From the human T2T-CHM13v2.0 reference genome, Homo sapiens: a stretch of 64,000 nucleotides of DNA. Each line of letters starts with the position of its first letter. Position 1 is the stretch's first letter. The notes beneath the pieces are model-generated. The model had not been told where the DNA came from. It saw only the letters and a program-made list of their open reading frames with translations, and searched no databases. The stretch lies in NCBI RefSeq assembly GCF_009914755.1, contig NC_060926.1; one strand, 5' to 3'. Shown here one piece after another: positions 14,025 to 28,660 of the stretch. A program made the position numbers and the translations under genes.

Positions 14025-14200
14025 AGAATCACAGAATTTTAAGTCTAAGCATAACTGAAAGTTCATATTCTATCTCCTTATTTACAGGGAAGTAATTGAG
14101 CTTTCATGACATTTTGACTTGCTCAAGGTCATCTAACTAATGGACAGGAAGAACCAAGACTAAAGTTCAATTTCCTGCTCCCAAGCCAGTGTTCCACTCA
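14025..14200 (-). mobile_element. MIR
   Basis: 'ttatttacagggaagtaattgag...tgacttgctcaaggtca'. Confidence 0.65.
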
Positions 14201-14894
14201 CAATAGTGTTTCTCTTCATGCCTCATGTCTCCACCTGCTCCCACCATGGGACTTCCTGATGAAACATACCCTGCTTAACCATCATATGTCTTTAGTTTGT
14301 CAAGTTATATGCTTGCATTTGCAAATTTCCAGCTCTCAAAATTGAAAGACTCACAATTAGAGACTGTGGCCTGGTGGATCTTGTCCCTGACTGGTTGACC
14401 ATGTCTGGAGAAATCTGATGTCATCAGAATGTACTTAACACCAGTTGTACCTCACCAAAAACACCAGCAAAAAGTTTGCTCACAAGTGGTCCCAAGCCAC
14501 TCCAATCTTCTGAAAAATGAGAGACAGCTGGTTGAATCTCTATATCACAATATGCTTATGTCATGAAAGTGTTTCCTCTGGATACCTTGACAGATATAAA
14601 ACTTATCATCTCAGGTCCTGAGGCAATTTTGCAGCCACCCACCCCAGTTATAAAGCAATTTGTGACCAGGTATGCTGGGGGAGTAATAGATTGACATTTG
14701 AACACTCTTTTTAACTTCTTTTGAACTTCAAAAGACTCTGGTGCATCATTTTTCCAGACATTAAAAGAAATTTCTTTCCTTTTTTCAATTTTTTTAACCA
14801 ATACATCTTTTGCACAATGATTCACAACTGCCCTTGATAGTGGGTGTTTTTATTAAGGTGGCACATTTCAAAAAATGTTTTAGTATCCTTTATG

Positions 14895-15693
<799 letters not shown>

Positions 15694-16257
15694 GCCACCC
15701 TTTTTCTATAAAGTGTTTAAGAATCATTCTGAATAAGGCTTCAAATTCAAAACCTACTTCTAGAAATTTTATTTTAAATAAAAAAATTAAAACTTATTAA
15801 ATTCATTCATCCCAAAGAAGTGGGAAAATTAACAAACCCAACTCTACATCAGACAAATGTCCATATATACAGGGTGACAGAACAATAAGATAAATAGGCT
15901 ACCTCCCGCCAACTACTAATGAGCAATAAGACACTCATCTGCAAACCGTCTCCATTGCTCCCTGTTGTATACCGAGTCTGTCCCCATGCTCAACATCTGC
16001 TTAACTTTTGAGATCTCTCAGCCTGACGCTTTGAAACAACAACAACAAAAACCCCACAGGTTAGAAACATGCTTCCTAACAGCAAAATTCTGGGAAGATA
16101 TATATAGAACAGAGAAAACCATACCTCATCCATTGCACAGAGGTCCCTGCTTTGGAGCAAAAATGCTGTCAGGGTCCTGAATAAATCATCTATCATCAAA
16201 AATCATAACGTGTGTAGAGGATTTTCTAAAACTAAGTAGAACTAGCTCCCTTTAGGC

Positions 16258-16455
16258 TAGTGTTTCTCCAAGTGTCATCTCATCTCAAAAACTGCATTAA
16301 AAGTCCTTAGATGAGGCTTAAAAATTAAAATCAGGTTCCTGGCGGTTCCTGGCACCACCTTAAACCCATGGTATCTATCTCCCAGGCAGAAACCCAAGAA
16401 CTTGCATTTTTAGAAACTATCCCAGATCACTGCATACTAAAAGTTGTGAACTGCT
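16258..16455. mobile_element. MER5-type hAT-Charlie DNA transposon fossil
   Basis: Ends 'tagtgtttctccaagtg'...'aaagttgtgaactgct'; internal 'cccaagaacttgcattttta'. Confidence 0.6.
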
Positions 16456-19400
16456 TTCTTAGATTAAAATACCAGACTCATGGACGGAGTGGACAGGCTG
16501 GCAGAGTTCCCAGTCAAACCAGGTGTGGACTCTCTGTCTGAAGTCAAATGCTGGTGGGAGAACAATCATTTCAACTCCAGATAGAAAGTGAGCTCAGAGG
16601 AAAGGCTTGAGCTCCCTTGGCCAAGCAAACATCCCTGGCAAGAGCAGGCACCTGATTAAACCCAGGGTCTGCACGTATACTCCTCCAACTGATGAATAAC
16701 CCTGCCAGGTAAGCATCTATCTTATAGGGATTTTCAGGGTGCCAGAGTTTGCTATGCCTGAAGCTCAGCAAGCCATAAAGATCCAAAGATTTTGTTGAAA
16801 CCTATTGCCACCATCTGCCCCCACCCTCATCTTCACTTGAGCATATCCAGTCCACCTCAAGTCTCCCCTACCTGAGCTCTGCCTAATAACAAATTCTTTC
16901 ACCAGCGCATTCTCTGAAGGGTCCCATTGCTAACCCCTACATCAAATGTTTCGTCTGATTGATGTCATCTGATCTCATGAATCACCAATGGCTGCCAACT
17001 ACTCTAGCAATGGGGCAAATCTGATGACCATTTCCCCGGTCAGGTCCCCAATAGTCAGGGGCCAGGACATACTCCTAGTCACATTTATGCATCAGAGCTT
17101 TTCAATGTCATTTGGCTACATTTCTTTATGGGTTTGAAATTTCTTTGACTTACTAATGCATCTGCTGTGCCTCCTGTTGGTTTCAAGAAAGAAGCTGAAG
17201 TATGTTCTGTTGCACAGAAAAAAGTGCTATTCTGAGAGATGATGTAGAAAATCCAAAAGGGGTTTCCTGTGCCACTTGAAGCTAAGAAAGGAGCCACTTG
17301 AAGCTAATAAAGCTGGTTTGGGCTTTAGTACCCAAGTACACCTTCTCCCACCCCCAAAGTTCACTAAAATAAAGTTGGGAAAGTGGTTTTTCTGGCCCCT
17401 CGCAGATGTAAGAATATTTAACTTTCAAAGATTCTGGTTGAAGTACATATCTAAAGCAAAATATGTTTTATCTTATGCGTCCAAAAGGCAGGCATCTAAA
17501 GCTAACCATTTAAAGTACTGATCAGTGTTCAGGGAGGATGTCCAGGGAGTAATGCTAAACACACAAAAACATCATATTTCAAAGAGTATAGAGTCACAAA
17601 GGCAGAAGTCTTAGATTATGCTGGTTAAAACCGAGTAGCATAAGCATGACTGAAACTTAGATAAGTTTGTGGGTTCTCAGAGAAAGAGCTTAGCAGGAAT
17701 TTCTGTTGGAAAATATACTAAGCAGATTCAGAACTGAATGTGAGTGAGGGAGAAAGGAGCAGGTGTGAGGACAAAAATCACAGGTTTTGTTTCTGTTATG
17801 ACACTTCTAGCTTGTCCCTGATATATCTGGAGATGAGAGGTCAAAATACACTTTATTACATTATCAACAGTGGTCAACTTGAGGTCATAGGCATCCACAT
17901 TTGTTCTTTCTCCAGATTTTGCACCAATACTAGCACATCACTTGCCATGGTTCAGACATTACCCAGAAGCTCTAGCATCCCAAAATTCTTAATAAAAATA
18001 TTCAAAGCTCTCATTAATAGCATTCAAAGATCACAGCCCTTGCCCACTGCTAGCACTAATATAATACTGCAGGCATTTCATTTAATAATATCTTGGGCAC
18101 AGTTGTTTTGGTTCCACCTCATTTCAATATAAATCCAAATAAAAACAAAATAAAATATTATGGAAGGAATTTGCTTAATGACTTGGTCACATGCCTTCAC
18201 CATATCAATTCTGGTCTACTAACTAAATGTGGTACAAAAGATGAGAAGGGTTTATTACACCCTAATATTTTTCTTGTTCAAAACCCAGAAGTCAAGTTGT
18301 TCCTGGATGAAAATGCAAATCTCTTCTCTGACAGCCTAAGATGGGATGTTGTGGATGACAGCCTAAGATAGGATGCCTTCATCAAATGGAGACAGTGGGC
18401 TGTGTCTGGCTTAAACCAGAACAGTATGCAGATGACACTCTTCAACTGAAAGTAGATCTGTCCCCTTTATCTACTGGAAACAAGCTTGCTTAGTATAATG
18501 AGAAGAGGAGCTATTCCATACAGACCAAGCTTGGCTCCTTAAGCCAGACCACACCTATGTATTAATATATGCACAATTATGTTTCATTGTATCTACTTTC
18601 ATATACAGGAGAGCGTATTACGAATAAGTTACAGTGCTTATAAGCAGGTGAAGTGATGACTGCTAAAATCATATCTGGTCTTTCAAAAACTTTAAATCAT
18701 GAAATAATCACTTTAATTAAGACTAAAATAAAAATCTGATACAGGATGATTGGAATTGGAAAAGACAGTAAGATAGTAAATTAAGTTATACTAAGAAAGT
18801 GTCCTTAGCATATAAATATCAGCAAATTAAACCTATTACCTCATCAGAAAAATCATAAATCAATGAAGTAAGGAGATCAATGGAGGAAAGCACTAAAATA
18901 ACAGAATAAACACAAAATCAGAAATTTTGATCATAAATTTTAAATTATTGACTGCCTAAATTCTTATTTTCATATTTTTCTATCAAAGAACTGAATCTAA
19001 ACTTTAGAAATAATATTTTTCCTATATTAATTAATTATTCCTCTAATTATAAAAATACATTAAAAAATACTGCATAGCATATTGTAGTGAGAACAAGTGA
19101 GTCTGTAATAAATATTACAAAGTCTTAAAATGTGGATGTTGTTGACTGAATATCAAACTTTTCTGGCTATATGTATTTACTTCCAAAGGGCAAACAATGG
19201 AATCAACCAGTTCTCTGGCTACTGAGCATATCCTTTCTTTGTCCTAGTAGAGAAAACAGTTAAGCTTGAGAGAATCAGGTAGAGAAAGTAACAGTCTATT
19301 TTAGTAGAGTGCTTTAACTGAAGTGTAGAAGTCTTGTCCCAAAGGATCTTTATGACCATACTGTAAGGAAAGGAAATAAACTCAGAGCTTCAAAACAAAG

Positions 19401-19569
19401 GGGTTTCGAGCACACTTTGAAGGAAATCAGTGACACTGAACCAGCAGACTGAGGGATTAGATGGAATATGCCACCCCAAAGTTTTTCCCTGCAATCTGTT
19501 ACAGGTAGTTTTCCAGGGGCTCTGAAGCATAACCTGTCAAGGGAGTTACTGAGTGATTTCTCTCAATAG

Positions 19570-19810
19570 TTCATTCATTCATCCATTCAAGCATTTATCT
19601 GATGCTTACTATGAGGATGGCTGTGATATTGCAGAGACTGACATCCACATTCTTTGTGTTCATAGATTTCACTTGAGCTAAGTGAAATACACAAAGATGT
19701 GCACCCACAACTACAATACCATGAGATAAATGCTACAGAGGAGTTATGCACTTAGTGTGCACCAGACCACAGAGAAACACTTAACATACCTTTGAGGAGA
19801 GGTCTGCAAA
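19570..19810 (-). mobile_element. L2 3' end
   Basis: 'ttcattcattcatccattcaagcatttat...gcttactatg'. Confidence 0.6.
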
Positions 19811-19899
19811 TGCTGTAAAACCCTCTCATGACCTAAGGCATTCCCCTTCCTGAGTAACTGGCAGTCTTTCCCTTTGTGCTGGCTTATATTCCACCCTCC

Positions 19900-20190
19900 A
19901 AAAGAATCATGAACTCACAAAGCCAAAGGATACTTAAGAGAAAATCTGATCCAGGGGTCTCCAAACCTGGCTGGGCCCCAGTATCACCTGGTGCTTTGGT
20001 TCCAGCCCAGAGACACTGATGTAGCATGCCTAAATGTTCTGAAAATGCTTTCTTGCTATGGCCATTGTAGCTGGCCCATGGACCAGCATTTGGGAATCAC
20101 TGAATCCAATCATCTCAATTTGCAGAAAGAAGAATTTAGAGGAAATTAACATCCACAGAATTAAAATGACTTCAGCAAATTAGTGTTATA
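19900..20190. mobile_element. MIR with nested MER5-type element (~19952-20102)
   Basis: 'caggggtctccaaacctggctg...atcacctgg...ggaccagcatttgggaatcactg' flanked by MIR-like halves. Confidence 0.55.
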
Positions 20191-22027
20191 GGCACATTAG
20201 GACAGCAATGGTGAAACATCTGGCAAAGGAATTTTTAGCGCAAATATTTTCAAAAAATGTTCCCAAGGTTTCTGATATAAATCATATATAATAGGACTAT
20301 CTATCTATCTATCTATGATGGTCACAAATTATATAACTGGTAAGAAAACCTCAAGAAAATGAAGTTTAGTAATGTTACTTGTTGCAATGAACTACAAATT
20401 AGCTTTGCTCTTCCCAGTAGGAAAGTTATAAATGAAAACACTGAATTGAAACTCTCATTCTTAAAAATACCTGATTTATCAGGAAGAAATAATTTGCCCC
20501 TAGAAATATTTTCTAAGGAAAAGCTTAGCATAGTGCCATGCCTACTGTAGACACTTAAACTATTGAGTGGATGTATAAGAATATGAATGCAAGTATTAAC
20601 AAAACATGTTTTTCTATGGCCATTTCCTATATTAACCTTTGATAGAAGCTAAGAATACATTGATAAAGAAGGGCTTGACTTATTTAGGGATGTGTACAGA
20701 GAATGGTAGTAGCATAATTAGGTCTATAACTTCCAAGGCAAAGACAAGCAAATGAAAAATGCAGCCTTTCATGCAGTGAGAAAGTTCAGTAAGAGAGTGT
20801 TATTTGTGTGCCTGCATGTGTTTATGTATAAAGACAGGCACAGGAATGTGCTGGCCTGTGCAGGGTGCTCCAACACACTCACTGTGAAGGGTACAGAAGC
20901 CTATGTGCAGGTTCATTCTCCATATATATAAAGGGATTGAGCAGCAGCCCAGCTGTGTTCCACTGTGGTTCTCAGACCTGATCACAATAAGTAAGGTCAA
21001 TATTTATGCATAGTTAAAATTTTGTGAAAATATATTTCAAATTTTAACACCACCAGGGATTCTGTTTACGTTTCTATTACCATGTTTATCTCTGGAGGTT
21101 AACATGCAACTCTCATAGGGTACCTTCACAGATACATTTTTTAAAAACTAAGAATTACCTTAAAGAAAAAACTTAACTAAAAATGCATTCCAATATAGAA
21201 TAAAATGATTCATGCCATTTATAAAAATAGAGTAACTCACAGTTTACATTTCAGTAAACTTGAAAATCTCCAATTTTTCAATAAAAAGGGAATGCAACCT
21301 AGCTCCTAAGATTGGAATGTAATAGCTGTAAGCTGTTTTTTATCTCAAAAACACTGAATCAAATTTTACACTCACAATCACTGCATTTGTTTTCATACCA
21401 AAAATATAACCTGGGTTTGTGATAAACTCTTTGAAGAGTGTAATCCTACTATATTTTAATTGTAACAAATTTGCATGTCAAGTGTGATGTAGTTCACGTT
21501 TTTATTAACCAACCAATATTTGTGATTGCCAATTTCAATTTTATTTGCTGTCTTCTACAAGGTAATTTTTCTCTCATTACTTCATTTTAAAATATGGAAA
21601 TTAGAAGGCTTTACTAAAACTTTCAGAGCCAGCCCTAACAACTGATAATATCTGAACCTGACACAAAACGAAATGTGTGACAGTGTCTAGTAGGAAAGGA
21701 AATCTTGTCCAGGCAAGGAATATCAGGGGGAACATTCATCATTTATTACCCTCAAAAAGGAAAATTTGTCCAACAGAGATGTGTGCACTGGGCACAGTGC
21801 CTGACAGAGTTGGCACTCAAAGATATTGGTTGAACTGAATAAAACCAAAGGAAATTTGCCTGAATTAGAAGAACTAAAATGTTGAGAAAGAAACTAGATC
21901 TAAGCAAAATGCTGACCCCGCTTCCTAACAGTTCAAAGACAAAGCATTTAGTTGAGAGAGGCTGAAGCAGTCACTTGGTTCAGCTTCTCGCATAGCCAGA
22001 AATCACCTATGGCAGGTTTCTCACCCA

Positions 22028-22239
22028 CTCCAGGTCTCAACTGGGCTGTTTTTGCTCCCCAGGGGACATTTGTCAATGTCTGGAGACTTTTTTTGGTTGT
22101 ACAAGTGGGAGAAGGTGCTACTCGCATCTGGGTAGGAGCCAGATGTGTTATTAAGCATCCTACAATGCACAGGATGGCTCCCAACAACGAGAAACTATTT
22201 GGCTCAAAATGACAACAGTTCTGAGGTTGGTACACCCTG
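22028..22239. mobile_element. MER20 (hAT-Charlie) DNA transposon
   Basis: 'ccccaggggacatttgtcaatgtctggagac...gtgctactcgcatctgggtag...catcctacaatgcacagga...ggctcaaaatgacaacagttctgaggttg'. Confidence 0.88.
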
Positions 22240-22569
22240 CCCTACAGCATGATCCAGCAGATGGCCTCTGCTTTCCCACTTCCAGAAGTCAACTCATGGC
22301 CACAGGAGCATGACTTTACCACTGCTGGACAGCTCTCCCTGCTGAAAAGACCACCTTCATTTTGAAATTTACGGAGTAATAAACATTTATCAAAAGCACT
22401 ATGAAAAAAGAAGCATATTTTGAGGTCAAATACAAAACACAAAATATACATTAAGGTCAAAATGCTTTTTCCACATGCTAATTTTAAATTTATTTTCTAA
22501 TTTATTTAAATTGTAGAAGAAATGAAAGCACAAAGTAAACAAAGATGCATACTGATTTTTGTTGATTGT

Positions 22570-24050
22570 GTCATTTTTAATTCTTCCAGTATTTGGTAAC
22601 TTTTAAGACTTTGCATCTATTTCTTAATTTATTAATATTAGATGGCTTCTATTAACTTCTTACTATGTAAGATAAGGAACCTGGCATGCTTGCCCACTTT
22701 TACCTCTTGTATTACCTTCACCTCCAAATTTTTATGATTTTAGTTCATCAATATTTATTATATTATACTCTGTTCTTAAGCAATATCTAAATCTTTCATG
22801 CTTTGAATATAAATCCATTTCAAAAACAGCAAAATAATAAATAGCACTTATGAAGCTGATATAACGTCAGTGGAACCCTTCAGTGGAACCCCCTATAGAG
22901 TCACAGTGTGGCCTGACCACAGAAGGAAATGGAACCCCATGCTTTCCCAGGAGCAGAGACTGAGTCACACTCAGACTGGAGTGCAACTGTGTGCCTCATC
23001 ATCCCTTTGCTCTATCTCTCTCTTGCTTTGCAGCACCTCTTTGAGGATTTCCCCAAATGGAGAGAGCAGTAGCTCCCCTGAGACCCTTGCATGCCCCCAA
23101 ATACCATTTTTTTTATTTTAAGTTCTGAGATACATGTGCAGAACATGCAGGTTTGTTACATAGGTATACATGTGCCATGGTGGTTTGCTGCACCTAATCA
23201 TTTTTACCTTCTCTATTTTTTTCCTCTTCTGTCCTTCATATTTGATTGATAATTTGACTATTGATTCAATATCTCCTACCCTACAAACTGTAAAGATATT
23301 ATTTTGTTGTTAATAAGATAAAACGTTTTTTTCCTAAGTAATCTATCTTGTTTTTCTGAAAGCTTTTAGAATTTTCTGATTTTTCATTTGAGCATGGAAA
23401 TTTCACCAATTTGTTATTTTTAAGTCAGGCTATTCAACACTGTGTCTTTGACCATGTCCTTCCTCTCATTGCCTCTGTCCTCTTTTTCTGGAGCTCTTCA
23501 CTGGATTTTCTGGATTTATCCTCTGTGTCTCTTCACACTTCTCTCATATTTTCCATTTTGGTTTTTTTGCTCTCTTCCATGGGAGATTTCCATGGCTATA
23601 CCTTGTAGTTCACCAGTATGTTCTTTATTATCTCTATTATTTTCAGCCTTCTCCTTAACTTTTTATTTTGTCAGTTATAAATTTCGTTTCTAATAATTAT
23701 TTATTGTTCCCCAGTTGATCTTTCTTCATAGCAACCTGTTCTTATTTTCAGGATACAATATCTTTTTGACTCTCTGAGAATACTAATTGGGCATTTTAAA
23801 AATTATAATTAGTTCTTTGTATTATTGCTTGCCTCCAAGGTAAGTTGTTCTGTTTTCTCTTTGTCCTTTTTTTCCTGATGATTTCTCTTAAGTGTCTGGT
23901 GATCTCTGGTTATCTATGACTATTTATGAGTGGAGATCATGTGGATTAATATGAACAGCTGGAATGGGTCTTCTCTGTAGTTGTTTGGGTCTCTTTCTCT
24001 AATAGAGCTCCTTCTTTAGTGAGAGTGCTAACCACAAGTTTTCTAAGGGG
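22570..24050 (-). mobile_element. Highly decayed HAL1/L1ME-like sequence
   Basis: T-rich; 'catatttgattgataatttgact', 'ggaaatttcacca', 'agtgtctggtgatctctgg' resemble HAL1/L1ME antisense. Confidence 0.4.
23107..23196 (-). mobile_element. ~90-bp L1PA (L1PA7/8-like) extreme 3' end
   Basis: 'ttttaagttctgagatacatgtgcagaacatgcaggtttgttacataggtatacatgtgccatggtggtttgctgcaccta'. Confidence 0.9.
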
Positions 24051-24099
24051 AATATCTATTGTGGATTCCCTAGGATATGCAGAACTGTTCATCAAAGTG

Positions 24100-24394
24100 C
24101 CCTGCCCTTCTCAAGCTAAGGCGTATGACCCAAACCAACCAGGCTTTCTCAACCAGAACACAGCATCTTAAATGAAGTGAAGCAAGGATTGTAGAGACAG
24201 GGAAAAAATGGTTGGCATTTATTCATTATCTTGGCTAATTGACAATTTCCTGACACACAAACCCTGGATTCTGTTCTAGACATGCCTGGTTCATACCCTT
24301 TCTGTGAGCTGCCCCATTTTAATAATTTCTTCTCTGCTTAAGTTAGTCAGAATCAGTTTCTGTTGCTTGTGCACAAAGACCCTAAGTTAATACA
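24100..24394 (+). mobile_element. ERVL LTR fragment (LTR33-like)
   Basis: 3' end 'ctgcttaagttagtcagaatcagtttctgttgcttg...aagaccctaagttaataca'. Confidence 0.6.
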
Positions 24395-24409
24395 GATGGA
24401 AAGGAAACT

Positions 24410-24615
24410 GTCATTTGTTAAGCTAATGTTATGGGCCAGGTATTTTACATTTTTTGTAAGTAATTAGCAAAGCCCTCTGAGATAGCTAATAACTACCATT
24501 ATTTTATAAGGAAAGAAACAGATTTAGTAGATTTATTAGCTTGTCCAAGATGCCAGAGGAAGTACCAGAATCCAAGTCAGCCTGACATCAAAACCTACGC
24601 TTTTCCCTCCACTCT
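24410..24615 (-). mobile_element. MIR
   Basis: 'ccattattttataaggaaagaaacaga...cttgtccaagatg...aatccaagtcagcctgac'. Confidence 0.65.
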
Positions 24616-24699
24616 GAAATATTCATGGAGCATTGAACATACAGGCCCCGTCGCAGTTAAGAGTATGTGATAAATATTGGAGGAGAGATTTAAGTCTGG

Positions 24700-25030
24700 G
24701 AAAGCCAGGAATAAGAATTTAGACTCACTGTGTTCAGAAAAAGAGAATCGCAATCTCACTCTTAATAGTGTAGTGGTATAGTAAATCAAAGGAGAATTTA
24801 AGAAAGATGATTCTGTGATATGTGGGATGAATTAAAAAGGCTCATGTTGGAATAAGATACACCAGTGAGGAGGCTGTGATAGTGATGACATGGCTGGGGA
24901 TGGAGAGGAAGAGAGTTTACAATGGGACTTGGAAGGAAATTTCATAGGATTGTGTGACTGAATGGTTATTATAGGGGATGAGGAAAGATGAGCCAAAAAT
25001 GACTACAAGATTTCCAGTTGCAATGAAGGA
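24700..25030 (-). mobile_element. L2 fragment
   Basis: 'accagtgaggaggctgt', 'ggggatggagagga', 'ggatgaggaaagatgagccaaaaatgactacaagatttc'. Confidence 0.6.
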
Positions 25031-26169
25031 AGCTGAAAGAATGCATGCACTTGCCTCCCTCCAAAAATCCCAGTGAAAAGAACTAGAAATGCAAAAACAA
25101 GAATAAATGCATAAGAGTGCTAGAAAGAGAAAAGGATGCCAAAAGAGTCCATAAAATCAGAATCCCCAGAAGACACAAAGAAGAGTAAATCAAAATAATG
25201 GAAAAGTCAAGCATGCTGAGCAGGCTGTAACCAAACAAAGGCAAAGGAGAACCACACGCAGGCAGGACACTGAAGTTTTTTCCCCATGTGCACCCAATTC
25301 CCACCACCCAGCTTAGTGCAGCAGGATTTAGGCGTGAAACTGGCACCAAGGCAGCTACCAGGAGGCTCCCCTGAGCACAAAGCTCGTGGGGTTTTGGATG
25401 CTCACCCCTTACCCTGAGGCTCCATTCAGTTTGGACCTCTTAGTAACTTATCTATGAAATTTGCCCCTCAAGTCTTCTATTTATGCTGTTAAACATAGAA
25501 AGAAAATGAAGGCACTCCCCTAGCTACCATTCTTACAAAACAATTAATATAATACAAACTCGAGGGCAAAACAGGGCGCAAATTCACAGTGTGCAGTAAG
25601 TTTTTAAAAATTAAGGTTATAGTATATATAATTTTATGTGAAACAAATTTAAGGATACAGAAACATGCATAATTTTAAAGTTAATAAAAGGGATTCAATA
25701 AGGGTTGGTTGAGGAAAAAACCTGAGTGGTAAGTAGTCACAAAGGAAATAAAAAGTTTATAAAAGACTTCTTTTCCCAAAACAAAAAGGCCCAAATGGAT
25801 TAGAATGATTCCCAACAAACTGCCAAAGAAAAAGCAATTCTCAAATATTTTAACTCTTTCCAGAAGTGAGGGGGAAAACATAGAAGTCTTTTTAATTCTA
25901 ATCCCACCATAATCTTTATACAAAAATCTGGCATGTTTCACTTTAGTTATATTTCATTTATGAATATAGCCAGTGTATCTAAATAAAATGCTAAAAACAC
26001 ATACATAAAATAAAAATAAAAATTAACAAATAATAAACTTCATACTTAGTAAAGTTTATGTTAAAGTTGGAAACATGAGAACATGCTTAATTTCAGAATT
26101 ATTCAATAATATTTTGAAGATTCTATACAGTTCTCTAGGAGAGTAAATTTTAATATGAGACATAATGTT

Positions 26170-27060
26170 CAATAAAAAGAGTCAAATATAAGATTATTTG
26201 CAGATGATATGATTGTCTAGACATAAAATCCAGGGGAATCAAATAAAAAATATTACAACTAATAACTGAGTTCAGAAATAGAACAGATACAAACATAAAC
26301 ATACAAAAATAAATAGTTTTCCTTACATTCCAGCAAAAATGAATTTTAAAATGTCAGCCATAAAAAAGATATCCATAACAACCTAATAATGTACCAGATA
26401 TTCAGGAATAATAAAGAACAATTGTGCGTGAGCAATATTAAAAAGAAACTATAAAATTTAAAGGCTGTAAAAAACTGAAACACAGGAAATTACTTAAAAA
26501 GGCAATTCACAAAATAAGAAATACAAATGGTTATTAAATGTGAAAACATGCTTTATATACCTGATAAGTAATACAGTATACAATACATGTTAAAAACAAT
26601 GAAGTACTTTCCTTTAATAGATTGTCAAAAATTTTTTTTTAAATACCAGTATTCAGGTAGTGTGATACAGGCATGCACATACAATGTAATACCTTATATT
26701 GGTACAATCATTTCAGAAAACATTTATGATTATCAAAATTCAATATATACATTCTCAATTGAACCAACATTTTCAATTCTAGGAATTTGTGTTACAGGTA
26801 TACTTACAACTATATTAAAGAATTCAAAACAATTTAAATATTAATTAGAAAGATTAAATATATTATGGCATATCAATGCCATGAAATACAGTGAATCTTT
26901 AAAAATATAAGTTGCTCTATCAAAGTAGCCAAAATATGCTATTGCATTAAAAAAGCTTGTTACAGAACATGGTACTGTGCATGATATAATTATTATAAAA
27001 GCATACATATCCATAATATCTGGAAAGACATACGTTAAACTATTAATAATGCCCTGAGTA
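26170..27060 (+). mobile_element. Old L1ME ORF2 / 3' fragments
   Basis: 'tttgcagatgatatgattgtc' = FADDMIV RT motif remnant near 26197; 'aggcaattcacaaaataagaaatacaaatgg'. Confidence 0.7.
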
Positions 27061-27152
27061 TAAGGTATGAGGTGGCAGAAAGCAGGCAGGGGTGAGGATG
27101 GCTACTTAAAGAAATTCTGAGTAGTACTAAAAAAAAAAAAAATTAAACAGAA

Positions 27153-27553
27153 ATCTTAGATGGAGTTCCCCAGAAGGACAGGCTGAAGCAAGTATTTGAG
27201 GGCTATTGATTTAAAACAGAAGCACTTCCGGGGAAGCCTTGCTAAGGGAGCAGGGCAGCTGGTGAAAGAATGGGAAAAAAGTCATGGAAGTGCGTGATCT
27301 CAGGCAAAGTCTTGCAGAGGGTAGCTTCAGCCTGCTCCTGCAGGGAAGACCGAGATTATCTGTTTCACCTCAGTTATATCTGGGAGCTGTCCAGAGTCGG
27401 GGCAAGGCAGCTGGGCTTTCATACTCTGACATCTGTCAGTCACTAGTCAAGAGCTTTCCAGAGGAAGTGAATGGCACCTGTGGCTCTGAGTGCATTCTGG
27501 CAAAGTGCCTCCCCAAAAGAAATCTGGGTGGAGAACCAATAACATCCACTACA
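27153..27553 (-). mobile_element. ERVL solo LTR, LTR16-like
   Basis: 'tcttagatggagttccccagaag...gtatttgag', 'gcagctgggctttcatactc...tcagtcact', ends 'catccactaca'. Confidence 0.7.
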
Positions 27554-27885
27554 ATATTACTTTTATAATAAAATACATATTTTCATTAAAAGAAAGAAAA
27601 AGAGAGCAAAAGCCATGTGCTACTAGTAAAGTAAAATTATATATTAATGCTCTCAAATTCTACACAAGTCTGGGCACCTACTAGACAGGTTCCCTCACCC
27701 ACCTGCTTGTCCTCATATTCCTACCTGTCCACTAGAAAACCAGGGTTTAGCAGCCCGTGAACCCACACTTTCTCTCTCCTTTTTATCTTTTCCATCTGGA
27801 GTGGTATAGGTGAGATCCTGAAAAGTTAGAGGAACTCTCAAAACCTCTGCTGATCCTAACTGGAGCCACATTACTTGGCTACTAA

Positions 27886-28275
<390 letters not shown>

Positions 28276-28539
28276 TAGAACTCCAGATTAAAGAAATGCC
28301 CCAAGAATTCATTTGTTCTATTCAACTTGTTTGACTTTATGGCAAAGCTAAGATGAATGAATTAAGGTTTCTAGCTCAGTGGTCACTGAGCAGAGTGGGA
28401 TGTTTCCTAGAAATGTCCCTCAAGTCCATCACTCTGGGTGTCAGTGATGAGTACCTAGAAAGACAGCACTCATCATCAAAGTGGATGATTCGAATTTACA
28501 ATCTGTGCAGTCTACAGTCTGTCTCTGAAACCTGTGGTG

Positions 28540-28660
28540 TGCTTTTGTTGCTTCACCTGTAAAATGGATGCAATAACTATCATTCTACTTACTTTTCAGA
28601 GCTGATGCACAGATTAACCACGAAAGAATTTTGCAAACCATGTAGTGCTTTACATCCTGT
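28540..28660 (+). mobile_element. MIR fragment
   Basis: 'cttcacctgtaaaatggatgcaataac'. Confidence 0.55.

Noticed and set aside
22867-22892. 13-bp tandem duplication (also 10-bp at ~16334 and 19-bp at ~11790)
   Set aside because: Ordinary slippage duplications in or near decayed repeats; two copies only, not an array.
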